Assembly (NCBI GenBank): GCA_018398765.1
Contig: JAHBMJ010000485.1
Coordinates: forward strand, 1 to 46,878
DNA from: Chromera velia
Taxonomy: Eukaryota
Length of the DNA stretch: 46,878 nucleotides
Direction of reading: 5' to 3'
This document shows positions 1 to 10,812 of the stretch, in pieces (position 1 is the stretch's first letter; each line of letters starts with the position of its first letter). The notes beneath the pieces were generated by a model. It was not told where the DNA came from. It did no database searches and was given only the letters and a program-made list of their open reading frames with translations. A program made the translations under genes and the position numbers.

Positions 1-1121
1 AGCCTGCTCAATTCGTTCATATCTTGCAAAATGTCTGCAATGCGACGGTAGGAATTGCCCCCAATCCATTTCATTTTTCTCATGATGTCGGCACGAAGAG
101 AGTTGATCAGAGCATCCCCTCTCATTGTTGGGCGTTGATCTAAATACACTCCATCCCACTCTTCTTCCACATCGCTGGTTTCAAATTGGATGGGCCTACC
201 ACTCACTTGGGCTGTGGCCTCTGCTTTTTGTCGCCCCTTGCAAACAAGCAGGTGGTCATTGAGCTGTTGCGGTACCCGGCAAATCAATGGGCAAAAAGGG
301 CAAGGGTGAGGCATGGAGATATTTTCCTTCACATACCGGGCAACTAGACCTGGGGGCTGATACTGTACCCCCTCCACCACAGAAAATGCGGTAGAACCCA
401 AGCAAACCGTTTCCAATCGATAAGTATAGAGTTTGCAAAGCACTTAGATCACACAGAGTGCGATGAACATGGGCTACAAGCTCTTAAGGAGTTGGGATCA
501 GAGTGGACGTCTCCAAGCAACAGTGAGAAAAAAACTCAAATGTCGAGATCTCGATCTCGCCATCCCAGAAACTGTTTCTACTCCAAAAAAGTACAGGCAT
601 CAGTAACACTGAAGTCAACTAAGAAGGTTGTAGGGTCATATTGTTCATCTGTATGTGTTTGCCTCCATGCCAGAAATAGGAGGGCAGGAGGGCTCAATGC
701 CAGAAAAAGGTCAGGCATTGAGCCCATGGTTTGTCCATGGCCCATGGGCCCCGGCATTGACGATGCCGGGCCCACAGTGCACCCCCTGCTGCTGACTTTG
801 TAACTCCAGGTGGCCTGCCTGAAGTTGAGAGCCTGCTGTAAATGGAGGAGGGAAAGGGACAGATACAGAAACAGAAGACACAGACTCTTCCACAACATAA
901 TCCAGCTGCCTGACGGCCGCTGATGGAACAGAGTCAGGAAAGATTGCCTGCGACTTGGAGGAGGAGACAACAGCTTCAGGGTCCGCACCCTCTGCAGCAA
1001 GAACATCGACTTCTCTGTCTTCATCGAGATCAAAATCGGAAAAACGATCAACATCGTTAGCAGGTGCAGCTGCTGACTCAGACACTCCATTCAAAAAGTC
1101 AGAAGACACATTTAAACTATA

Positions 1122-2651
1122 CTATTCAATCAAAGACACAGCACTTAGATGCACACGCAAAGGTCTCCATCTTTTCCCACTGTCTGTTTTCACAAGAACA
1201 CACACGACAGAGTCGCTTTCGACTCCAGCAAAGAACCCTTTCTTTCCTCTGACAGGCACAGCAGAAGAGGGAATCGAACGAGGGTCAGTCACAAAAATAC
1301 GATCACTGACAGAGATGGAGGAAATGGGACGAGCAGCCTCAACACCAAACACAGACACATTGGGCGACTTACCCATCGCAGATGAAACACATTCATTCAA
1401 AGAATCAATCACACCACTCAACAACCACTTCGTACAATATTTCAGCAAATTCAAATCCGTAAGCAACTTCCAGAGCAATCTTTTCACTGTACTATTCATT
1501 CTCTCTACTTGCGCTTGAGACTGGGGAGTGTAGATACTTCTTTTTTTATAAAAGATGGACTCCTGATCACACACATGCTCGTACTGTCCCTTCTTTTCAC
1601 CTACAAATTCTCTTCCGTTGTCAGTGCAAACCATTGCAGGCTTTCCTTTCACTTTCAGCTTCTCACCCAGTCTCTCCCATCTTCTTACCCACGCAGTCAG
1701 ATGTCTTACTGCCTTCCCTTTCGAAGGCAGAACTATGCCAGAAACAAAATGAGTTGCAGCATCGACAATCAAAGACACAGAGGTACCACCAGGTAAAAAC
1801 ATGACATCCTGATAAATGACTTCATCGAATTCCTTTGCTTGCACGCCTTCCTGGCTTTTTTGAGGAATACGATGCATCACAGCATTCACATGCTTGCACT
1901 GTCTGCACATATGCCTCACTTGATCACACACCTCTCTGCTCACATGCGACATAATGCCTTTCTCTTTCATTGTTTCATACAGTCATACACCAGTCGCATG
2001 CCCAAATCTCTTATGCCACATCAAAACCTCCCTCGCATTCATCTGACTTTCAGAAGGGAAACTCACCCTCCGCGATCGATGCGCACCTAACCGAATTGGC
2101 GGTCACTCCTACGGGGCCCCCTTCTGACCTCCGTGCTACAAAAACACCCACTCACATGCAAGAGGTCTATCCTTCCTATCTACGTTCAAACACACACAAA
2201 GGGGGCCACGCTTCACTGCCGGACTCTTTGACTGTACACCTCCATGCATACTCAAAACCAGAACGCCTTCCTCCTCTTTCATACATGCACAAAAACTGCC
2301 ACCCCCTTTTTTAGGGAGCTCTACCCAGAATGGCTCATACACTTTCTGCAAGCGGAGACCATGCACACTCATAAGAGAGACTGGCATGGCCCGAGAGAAA
2401 GCTCCATCCAAACGTGCCATCCTCCTACCTCCATCCACACATTCGACTCCAGGGAGATCCACAGTCACGTCACTCTCTGCTCGTGCGATGTCTCCTTCAA
2501 CCCCCACAAACTCACTGTCCGTCTCCCTCACCTCAACCACATAGGCCTCGACGTCTCTGCCAAAGAAATGCCGGCTGCATCCAGAATCAACCACCGGCTT
2601 CTTCACCACCCATTTCATTCCACCCCCTCTCGCTCCACCTGCACGCCCCAT
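1122..2651 (-). pseudogene. pol: pol: aspartic protease and rve integrase
   Basis: VVDSGCSRHF is a copia-type protease site. WHKRFGH...CRQC is the HHCC zinc domain. The DDE core reads YQDVMFL / VDAATHF / TDNGREF / YTPQSQAQVERMNSTVK. In-frame stops lie between 1970 and 2136. Confidence 0.9.
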
Positions 2652-2671
2652 AGCGTGTGGTCACAGTTTTA

Positions 2672-4163
2672 TCACGTCTTGCCCGGGACGGCTCTCCCCC
2701 TCTTCTTCAGCAAGCAATGCAAAGCAATTGGAAACGCATACGCCGGGGGAACGCGCTGCACTCTACACCCCCGAGTATGGTCATCTCCCTCCCTGTCCCC
2801 CAGAGGAGGACGAGGAAGACTGCTGCTGCTGGCTTCTGTTGGGATCTTAGCTGGGGGAGGGGGAACCCAAGGGCGTGGCTCGATTCTGGGCTGCCCCGCA
2901 CGCTTGCGCGCATAGTTCTTCTCGAAGTGGCTCGTGTTCTGGCACCACCAGCACCTCTTCGGTCCCCATGGCTGCTGCTGCTGTTGAAGAGGAGACTGCT
3001 GGGAGGAGCGCTGACCGTTCTGTCTGTTCCCCTGATTTCTGAATCCACCAGATCCCTGACCCCGTCTTTGCTGGCCTCTGAAGGCTCTCTCTCTGCCCCC
3101 ACTCTGCCTCTGTCTCTGCATCTCAATCAAAGGATGCAAACCACTCAAGCTCCTTCTTCAGAGTGGCATAGTCAATCTGTCTAAGATCCAGCTGCCCCCC
3201 CAATCCAGGAAGTTTCGATCTGAGGGAGTTGACGAGCTTCATACGCTGGTCGTCCATGAGGGCGTTGACGATCATAATGACCTTGGCAGGATCTGCGATC
3301 TCCCACTCCGCGTCGTCAGAATCGAGGAGGAGATCCTCGAGTCTCTGGTTGATCTTCGCGAACGACAGCACCACACCGCTCGGGATGACGACACAACCGT
3401 TCCGATCACGGTGGTTGAGGAGCCATGGGAAGACCTGCACACGCTCCTGCACAGCTAGCTGCATCGCCAGCAGGGTCGAGGAATACTCCTGCTTCATCTT
3501 CTCTACAATATCCTCAGAGTTCACCCGCTTCCATCTCCATCTCCTCACATCTCTCCTGAAGGCCCGAGCATCACTTCCTGTCTTGTTCAGCGCGACGATG
3601 ATGTTGGATCTCTACTCCTCTGTCGACTAAAAGTACTTCCTCTGTAGGTGCACATTGGAGAACTCCCCCCACTGCGACGCAAAGTCGACAATCTCTTTCT
3701 TTCCAGCGAACTTTGGGCAGGTGGTCAGGTCCACTTTCTTCAACTGCTTCGACGATGTCTTCTTCCTGTATGCGGAACCCACTCTCTGAGCTGCAGAGTG
3801 GCAGGAAGACGCATCGGAAGATCCACTCACATCAGACAAGTTAGAGTGGGAGGGAGATGGGTCCTTGTCCAAGAAGAAAGCCACGGCGTCGAAGGGTTTT
3901 CGGACTTTCTGAGCCTGAACGGCTCCAGGCGTAAACAGAGAAACAGGGGAAATTCTTTCTTTCTTTTCCGCCACTGCGGCACTGGTTCAACTGGGTGGAA
4001 TCCATCTGTCTAACAAGTCTTCTACTCTCTCCTCCTGCTGGCCTGGAGGCGCAGCATCTCTTCGATTGAACTCTGCACTGAGTCTGGATACTTCAGCGCT
4101 GATCGGTTCAAGGGCATCATTGAGTAAGCTCATGAAAAAGCTTTTCATGTCTTCAAAGTTCAT
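2672..4163 (-). pseudogene. gag: gag (capsid plus nucleocapsid with degenerate CCHC knuckle)
   Basis: Starts MNFEDMKSFF at 4163. It has in-frame stops and a frameshift near 3130, then an R/G/Q-rich tail and CWWCQNTSHFEKNY (CX2CX4HX4C with the last C read as Y). Confidence 0.75.
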
Positions 4164-4220
4164 CTTGACAACAAAGTGGCAACAAATCAGTCTGACACAC
4201 TGATCTATAAGGAATTCACA

Positions 4221-4433
4221 TGTCAGAACAGAGTTCGGGGAGGAGAGGATGAGCGAATGCGCCTCTCCTTGAATAAGTCAATGTGGATCGATCAGTTTCT
4301 CCTATATGGTGCATGCACAGTTTGCAGTGTTGTAGATTTGCATAGCTTGTAGCGCGCTGAGCCCAGGCTGAAGTCCCTGGGACCGCGGCTGTGAAAGGCC
4401 GGCGTCAATCGACCCCGGACGCAATCTCCAACA
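4221..4433 (-). repeat. Putative 5' LTR of the copia-type element
   Basis: The minus strand begins TGTTGGAGA at 4433, at a sharp switch to AT-rich sequence. A candidate end is TTCTGACA at 4221. No partner LTR is in the window and no PBS was recognised, so the inner end is uncertain. Confidence 0.4.
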
Positions 4434-4567
4434 TATCATTTCTAGAAACATAGGCTGCCATACAAATTTTGTAAGTTTCATACAATTTTTCTTTTTATTC
4501 AAAACCGTTAAAAAATGATATCAAAACCAAAAAATTTATATGACAGCCCATGTTTCCAGAAATGATA
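4434..4567. repeat. 37-bp inverted repeat (hairpin) with 60-bp spacer
   Basis: 4434-4470 TATCATTTCTAGAAACATAGGCTGCCATACAAATTTT versus the reverse complement of 4531-4567, TATCATTTCTGGAAACATGGGCTGTCATATAAATTTT: 4 mismatches. Confidence 0.9.
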
Positions 4568-4576
4568 CAAAAAACC

Positions 4577-6161
4577 CTGGGGCCTGGCACTTATAGACTT
4601 CAGGTAGGTTACGACCTCTGTAACCCTAGGATCTAGACTTTTTAAAATCATCCTGCACCCCAAAACCTGTACCAATCGATTATTTGGATAAAGTTACGCA
4701 AGAAAATGCCAACATGGTTCATTGGTCTTTGAGGTTACATGCATAAATGATCAAAATTGACCTGTCCCTCTCACATTGTCGCTAAACCCCTCGTAACCCT
4801 GTAACCTATAACCTTTTACCCCTATAGCATGTAACCTTGTGTAACCCTATGTAATCGTGCATAAAACAAGTCGAAAACAACATTTTATGCAACAACAAAG
4901 GGCCAGACATTCATTTTTATTCATAGTTGGCACTACGTGGCGTCCTCAGTGGCACTTGCCTCCTCATAATCCAGAGTTGCCCATTTTTTCTCAATTTTTT
5001 CATACTCCTCTATCGACAGAAACACATGGTCCCCTGCATACCGAGCATTTTCAGGCTTGGCAAAGACTGCGTCAATTCTCATTTTATTAAATTTTACTCT
5101 GAAAGGATAAGCAGTCTGGGAGGTGGATGCATTTGATCCGTGCCCGCTGTCTAGATGGAGCCTGTCTTATCACCGAAGTGGTCAGGGTAAGGAGACAAAA
5201 CCGAAAACAAGAGGGGGGATGACCGTGATTTCTGCAGCTGCTCTTGCTTGTCAAAAACCATATTTCTCGAAGGTGATTTTGAGGAATGTGGCGACTGGCA
5301 ACTAGACTGGCAATCTGCAGATGAACGCTTTTGAGCGTGACCATCTTGACAACATGGATCCTGACAAGTCACACGGCTGCCATGGCAGGCTCTCCAAAGA
5401 AGAGATGGCAAAACGCAAAGCAGATAAAGCCTATGCAGTGATCGATGTAGATGGCTCTTGACTCTTGAGTATCTGCATCCAGATTGAAAGAGTGGGTGAG
5501 GCCTGGTGGTGGGGGGGATGTGGGGGGGTGTAGATGACAGAGAAGGCTTTTTCAGACCGTTCTGTTCATTTTATTTCTGTTTGTTGGTTTGTGTCTGTTG
5601 TGTTCAGTTTTATACAATCAATATAGTACATGCTTTATTTTCTGTTTTTGTTTAAAACAACTGGATAGGACAATGCCATTGAGTCTTTGTGTTGTTTCTT
5701 CTGTTAATGAAGGGACACCATCTGTGGCTAGACGGCTGGGTTGATCATGCAACGATTCGCATTAGTGACGTTGAGCTTGGGTATAATTGGTCTGATCTCA
5801 TAGAAAATTAGCGTTTCAGTCTGTTTACATGTTTGGGACATTGCATACAGCTTTTGGCATTCATGTGACATACGGTTTCATAAGGTTACACCCTAGAGAG
5901 CCTCGGTTACAAGCTGAACCTACATGTTTGCAAAAGGGTCCGTAACCTTGTAACCTGTAACCCAGCTAAGGGACATAATTTTAAGGGGGGTAACCTTATG
6001 TAACCTGAAGACCTATACTGTAAAAATGTGTTTTTCTGATGTAACTTGACTTAGTTGACCTGTACAATTAGCAACCTATCTGGATTTTCAGAAAAAAATA
6101 CATTTTTAAGTTAAGAACTTCACATATAACCCAATACACACTCCGGAGTGCGAGGCCCTAG
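4577..6161. mobile_element. Non-autonomous TIR DNA transposon with 8-bp TSD
   Basis: TIRs CTGGGGCCTGGCACT / CTAGGGCCTCGCACT (13/15). Perfect flanking duplication AAAAAACC at 4569-4576 and 6162-6169. GTAACC/GGTTAC subterminal motif arrays near both ends. Confidence 0.8.
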
Positions 6162-6544
6162 AAAAAACCTGTTCCATAGTTCTTTTTCTATCATTACAAC
6201 GTCTTCTTACACAAAGTTTCAGTTTCTAACTCCTTACTAATTATGAGAACGAGTTTTTTCCGGAAATGCGCCGCTTTAGGGGGGCAAAAAGCACCCCACT
6301 CGCCCCTGGCATGCGTAAAAATCATATAGTTGTATATGGTTGCTTAGCTATCTGTAGGGTACTAGATTTCAAGTAGTGACCAGATTTGATTTAATTTGAT
6401 TTGATTTGATTTAATTTGGAGTAGGGTAAAGTAAGGCTTAACCTCAAACCAAATCTTAGGCTTGAGAAACTTTAGCATGATAGGGTCTATCAAATCCTAT
6501 CAAATCTACTTCAAATCTGACCGTTGTTCTGGACTTCCTGGCGG

Positions 6545-7023
6545 CGTTAGAACAGCTCGGGTCGGACGGCGACACCAATGTGGACTCAGGCATTCCACAC
6601 GCGCCAGGACAGGCACAGGTCTTGCAGCGGGTGCTGAGATCTGCCGGAGTCTAGGTCCTTACGTGCGGTTTGCACGCGTCACTCAGCCAATTCGGTATTT
6701 GAATTTGTATGAAGCGTTGCAGAGAGACTTACAGCAACATTAAAACATACTAGATGATTGTTCAATTATTCTTAGTAGTCAATGAATAGAGTTATTGAGA
6801 AGTTTGAAGGTTGTATGAGAGTAGTGATGTTGAGAGATTGATTGAGACTTAGAGATAGACTCGTGCGTTGAGAAACTTTGTTCGTAGACCTCAATCTTAA
6901 TAGATCGATTCATGTTGATTTGGAACACGAACTCCATCTCCAAGAAATAACCTTCTAGCAAGTCAGCTTCTCTCCTTATGCGCCGCCACCAACTTTTCCC
7001 TAGACGAATAGTACTTCGTTACA
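6545..7023 (+). repeat. LTR-like repeat, copy 1 (479 bp)
   Basis: 6545-6853 aligns to 7101-7405. It ends CGTTACA, followed by TA and TGG, the usual LTR/PBS junction. Confidence 0.75.
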
Positions 7024-7025
7024 TA

Positions 7026-7100
7026 TGGTAACACCAGCGAGAGTCGAACTCACAACCTTCTGATCTGGAGTCAGACGTACTACCATTGTGCCATGGCGCC
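7026..7100 (-). tRNA. trnW: tRNA-Trp(CCA) copy with encoded 3' CCA; probably a retro-copied or element-borne, mutated tRNA
   Basis: Minus strand reads GGCGCCATGGCACAATGGTAGTACGTCTGACTCCAGATCAGAAGGTTGTGAGTTCGACTCTCGCTGGTGTTACCA. Anticodon stem TCTGA/TCAGA, anticodon CCA at 7068-7066, T-loop TTCGACT. The acceptor stem has three G-T pairs. Confidence 0.9.
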
Positions 7101-7405
7101 TGTTAAGATGGCTCGGGTTGGACAGCAATGTCAGTGCGGACTCAGGCATTCCACACGCGCTGGAACAGGCACGGGTCTTGCAGCAGGTACTGAGATCTGC
7201 TGGGGTCTAGGTCCTTACGCACGGTTTGCACGCGTCACTCAGCCGATTTAGTATTTGAATTTGTGTAAAGCATTGCAGAGAGACTTGCAGCAACGTTAGG
7301 ATATAGATGAGCGTTCAGTTGTTCTTAGTAGTCAATGAATAGAGTTGTTGAGAAGTTCGAAGGTTGATGAGAGTGGTGATGTTGAGAGATTGATTGAGAC
7401 TTAGA
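7101..7405 (+). repeat. LTR-like repeat, copy 2 (3'-truncated)
   Basis: Begins TGTTAAG immediately after tRNA position +1 and is colinear with copy 1 for about 305 bp. Confidence 0.8.
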
Positions 7406-7693
7406 TGTTGAGAGATTGAAAAAGAGGTTATCCAGTCTATTTTCTAGACAATGTTATTTAAGTTTTGATTGAAGGTTTGATTCAGAAGTGGTTTTTTGTT
7501 GTACTGTGATGTGCTATGGCAGTTTTTACGCTTTTTTGTTAAATTGTCTTAGGCCCTTCTTAGGCCCCCCCCTATCAACCCGATCAACAATGTCAAACAA
7601 TCCCACAGGTCATGCATAATAACAAGAAAATTCTAGTCTTAAATTAAGATAACTCTCTAAAATAACTCTAAGATACTAGCTAAGATAAAAACT

Positions 7694-8899
7694 TACACTT
7701 AAACTTTAAGAGTTACCCGAATAGCGCAGTAACTTTAGGGTTTACGACCCCTTAAAGTTACCGTACTTTAGTAACTTTAACAGTTGCCCTAAAGTTACTG
7801 GAGTATGACAGATAGACAGACAGACAGGCAGACAGACAGACAGATAGACAGACAGACAGACAGACAGACAAACAAATAGACAGACAGACAGAAAGACAGA
7901 CAAACAGATAGATGAAATTATATCATTTTTTTTTTGCTTCGCTTTTTCTGAATCACTTCCTTTCTTTCGGACAGACAGACAGACAAGTAAGTATGTAGAC
8001 AGATAGACAGACAGACAGACTCTATGTTTCTTCTTTTTCTCCAGTGCCTCATACTTCTCTATAAAGACATCGACAGGAAGGGCGGCGAAATCCTCATAAG
8101 TGAGACCGCCATCTTTATAGTCCCTGTGGGAATCCACCCCTTTACGGTTAAATTACGGAGGCGAATGCGGACTACTTTCTTTAACTTTCTTGTACATAAG
8201 TTGTTCTTCGTTAGTCATGCTCTTTGTTTTGAATCATTGAATTAATAAAAGAGTGTTTTATAATGTCTTATACGCTGTTTTGTGGTTACTACAGGCTTGA
8301 AAAGTTGAACTCGGTACAGATTTTCACCTGCAGAGAAAGAGACGGAGACACAGGAAGTATGACAGTTATTAACCAGGCAGGGACGCGCCGGAACGGTCCC
8401 AAAAAGTCTTTGAATTACGTGCGTTAACGTAGTCTAGAAAAGAGTTAAATTATGGTAACTTGACCTCTCAAACAGGCTAAAAAAAACCGTTGGTAACCAG
8501 TAAAAAGTTACGTAATTCATCAGTGGGATAACTCAAACCAAATTTTTCTAATAATTATTTTTTTATAACCACTATTTAAAAAATAATAATTATTTTGATC
8601 ATGAACAAAAATACGTTTCAGAAGCCTTAGTGGGCTTAATCAAAGTTTCAAAACACATTATTTTAAGAACTTTGATTCGTTTTTCACCTAAAAACACGCC
8701 ATAAATCTGATAAAATTTTATGGTAAAGTTGAGGGTTTTACATAATTATTATGGCTTATTATCGGTTTAGGATAATTATTATTGCTATTATCTAAATAAT
8801 CGCCTTATTTCAATAATCATTATTAAGTTATCTCAGTGATGTTCTAGTAACCCAACTTTTTAGTAAAAGTCCTTTAATAACTCTTAAGGTCCAAGTGTG
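7694..8899 (-). mobile_element. hAT-like deletion derivative nested in the 6374-9188 element, with possible transposase C-terminal remnant
   Basis: 22-bp TIR YACACTTRRACYTTAAGAGTTA (4 mismatches) and perfect 8-bp TSD TAAAAACT (7686-7693, 8900-8907). After a splice acceptor at 8328 the minus strand reads CTEFNFSSL**PQNSV*DIIKHSFINSMIQNK, loosely like the hAT dimerisation ERxFS motif; this last part is weak. Confidence 0.75.
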
Positions 8900-9507
8900 T
8901 AAAAACTTATACTATGTAAACTCTTAGTTTTCATAATAGTTTATTATAATTTTAAGAGTCTTAATTTAGCTTTTAGTCTAGTTTTTAATGATTTTCTTAT
9001 CTCTAAGGCTTTCTAGAATTTGCTAATGGTGTCGACTGTGTCATGTCGTCTTCAGTGCTATCGAAAGTGACCTCTAGACTTCAACCTTAAATCAGATTCT
9101 ACCTCAAATCTGGTCAGATTTGAGCTTGAAGCTCAAATCAAATCAAATTAAATCAAATCAAATCCTATCAAATCAAATCTGGTCACTAATTTCAGGTATA
9201 CTTATCTTACATGAGGTCTCATACAGAGACTCACAGTGCCTTGCTATAAACACAATCAAGTTGAGACTGCGTGTCTCCACTCTAATTACACTAAATGTTC
9301 TGAAAGTCGTTGTTTATCAGAGTATATATATATATGTAACTAATGGACTTGAGTAACAAGTTGAGTTACTTCAGTCATACGGCACTACAGTTTTAGATCA
9401 TTAAAAAAAAAAACAATTGTAGAGGAAAATGATTGAGTACGTCTACTTTACAAAGCAAAAAAAAAGTAAAAAATTAACAACCAGAGCATTAATTAATTCA
9501 TTGCAGG

Positions 9508-9876
9508 GTGATAAACCCACACGCCGTCTCAAGGGAGAAGGTGACCTGGACTCAAGCCCTCAAAACAGTAGTAGAAGAAAAGAAGAGGAAACATGGGCAG
9601 GCAAGCGTGGACAGAGGGTGCGACTTCACCCCACTTGTGAGTGCGGTCGACAGGACGATGGAGGGGGAGGCTAAGATGTTCTTGAAGAGAGTGGCAGAGC
9701 GATTGAGTGAGAAATGGGGGCAACACATGAGCAAGACGTGCGGCTGGATCCGAGCCCGACTGCAGATTGCCCACCTGAAAGCGGCAAGCGCGTGCATTCG
9801 GGGGACTAGAGGAGTGCAGGGGGAGGACTGGGAGGAAGCAGGAGTAGGCAGTGCGCTGGTCATGACTGAGGGGTAG
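9508..9876 (+). mobile_element. 5'-truncated non-LTR retrotransposon 3' end (restriction-like endonuclease C-terminus, CRE-like)
   Basis: EEKKRKH...[12 protein letters not shown]...[17 protein letters not shown]...[20 protein letters not shown] fits the KxxKY / FxPL / C-terminal helix pattern of RLE-clade elements. It is a GC-richer island in AT-rich DNA. Confidence 0.75.
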
Positions 9877-10590
9877 GAAGTATTTAGCAAATGCCGAAGA
9901 AGGCATTCTGATGGAGGAGCGTCAAGTATGAGGTTATATGAGAGAGAGAGCTAGCAGCGAGAGCAGTAACCAGGACAGAAGGAAGAGACGAAAGACGCAT
10001 AGGCCAGACGCTAGGAACAAACTTTAAGTCAATGCCCCCCATTAATTACAATTTTAAACATCATATAACTCTTTATATAGTTCACAAGAAATCGACCTCC
10101 AAAGTTTAACGGTCTTTGACCAAAATTAGTAATTTAGCTTTCTAAATTACTTTAGTTTACTTTTCTAAATTACTTTAAATTACTTTATCTAAATTACTTT
10201 AAATCACGCTAGAAACTAGGCTAGAAACTACGAAGCCAAATTACTTTATTAGTAACTTTAAATTACTCTAAATTACTTATCTAAATTACCCAAACTTGCA
10301 GGGTTTGTACTATGTAAATTTGATCACACTTAGGCCTAGAATATCCTCGGATCACATCAAAGTCATACTATTTTAAGGGTTAAAAACCATGATGCCTTTA
10401 TATATACTAATATATACTTATATTCAAGTTATATACTAATTTACTAGTAAATTCCGTATTAATTTATACTACTCGACAAATGACATAATGTAATTGTAAA
10501 AATACATCTCGATACATCTCGACAACACGCTTACTACTAAGGCCTAACTGCTTGCTCATCGGCTCTACTTGTCTCAACTCTAGTCTCAAC

Positions 10591-10693
10591 TCATTCATTC
10601 ATTCATTCATTCATTCATTCATTCATTCAAGTTCATTCACTCCTTCATTCACTCATTCATTCATTCATTCATTCATTCATTCATTCATTCATT
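10591..10693. repeat. (TCAT)n microsatellite
   Basis: About 25 imperfect units, directly visible, downstream of the NUFIP1 stop codon. Confidence 0.95.
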
Positions 10694-10812
10694 TATACAA
10701 TCAAAAGTAATTATAAAGCTGGATATAAAGATGTTAAGCCAAAAAATTGGTACAGAGACACACTCCAAGTTACTCCAAGTTCAATTAAACAAATAGAAGC
10801 AATCCCAGTTTC

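Larger units (their letters stand above)
1..4433 (-). mobile_element. Degenerate Ty1/copia-type LTR retrotransposon (gag-protease-integrase order), running off the left edge
   Basis: Minus-strand ORF pieces at 3627-3974, 3123-3548, 2136-2651, 1122-1970 and 711-1109 share one frame starting at ATG 4163 and are broken by stops. Domain order is Gag, zinc knuckle, DSGCS protease, HHCC, DDE integrase. No RT motif is visible in the window. Confidence 0.88.
6374..9188. mobile_element. hAT-like non-autonomous DNA transposon holding nested insertions
   Basis: 19-bp perfect TIR TAGTGACCAGATTTGATTT followed by (GATTT)n subterminal arrays at both ends. 8-bp TSD ATTTCAAG (6366-6373) / ATTTCAGG (9189-9196). 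Confidence 0.85.

Noticed and set aside
492..4013. Plus-strand ORFs over the copia element
   Set aside because: They are antisense shadows of gag/pol with no recognisable motifs.
7026..7100. Ordinary functional nuclear tRNA gene
   Set aside because: It has an encoded CCA, no oligo-T terminator downstream, weakened acceptor, D and T stems, and exact fusion to LTR-like ends. Function is not excluded but is unsupported.
10130..10300. AAATTACTT motif array as a transposon end
   Set aside because: It resembles a subterminal array, but I could not find a partner TIR or TSD.
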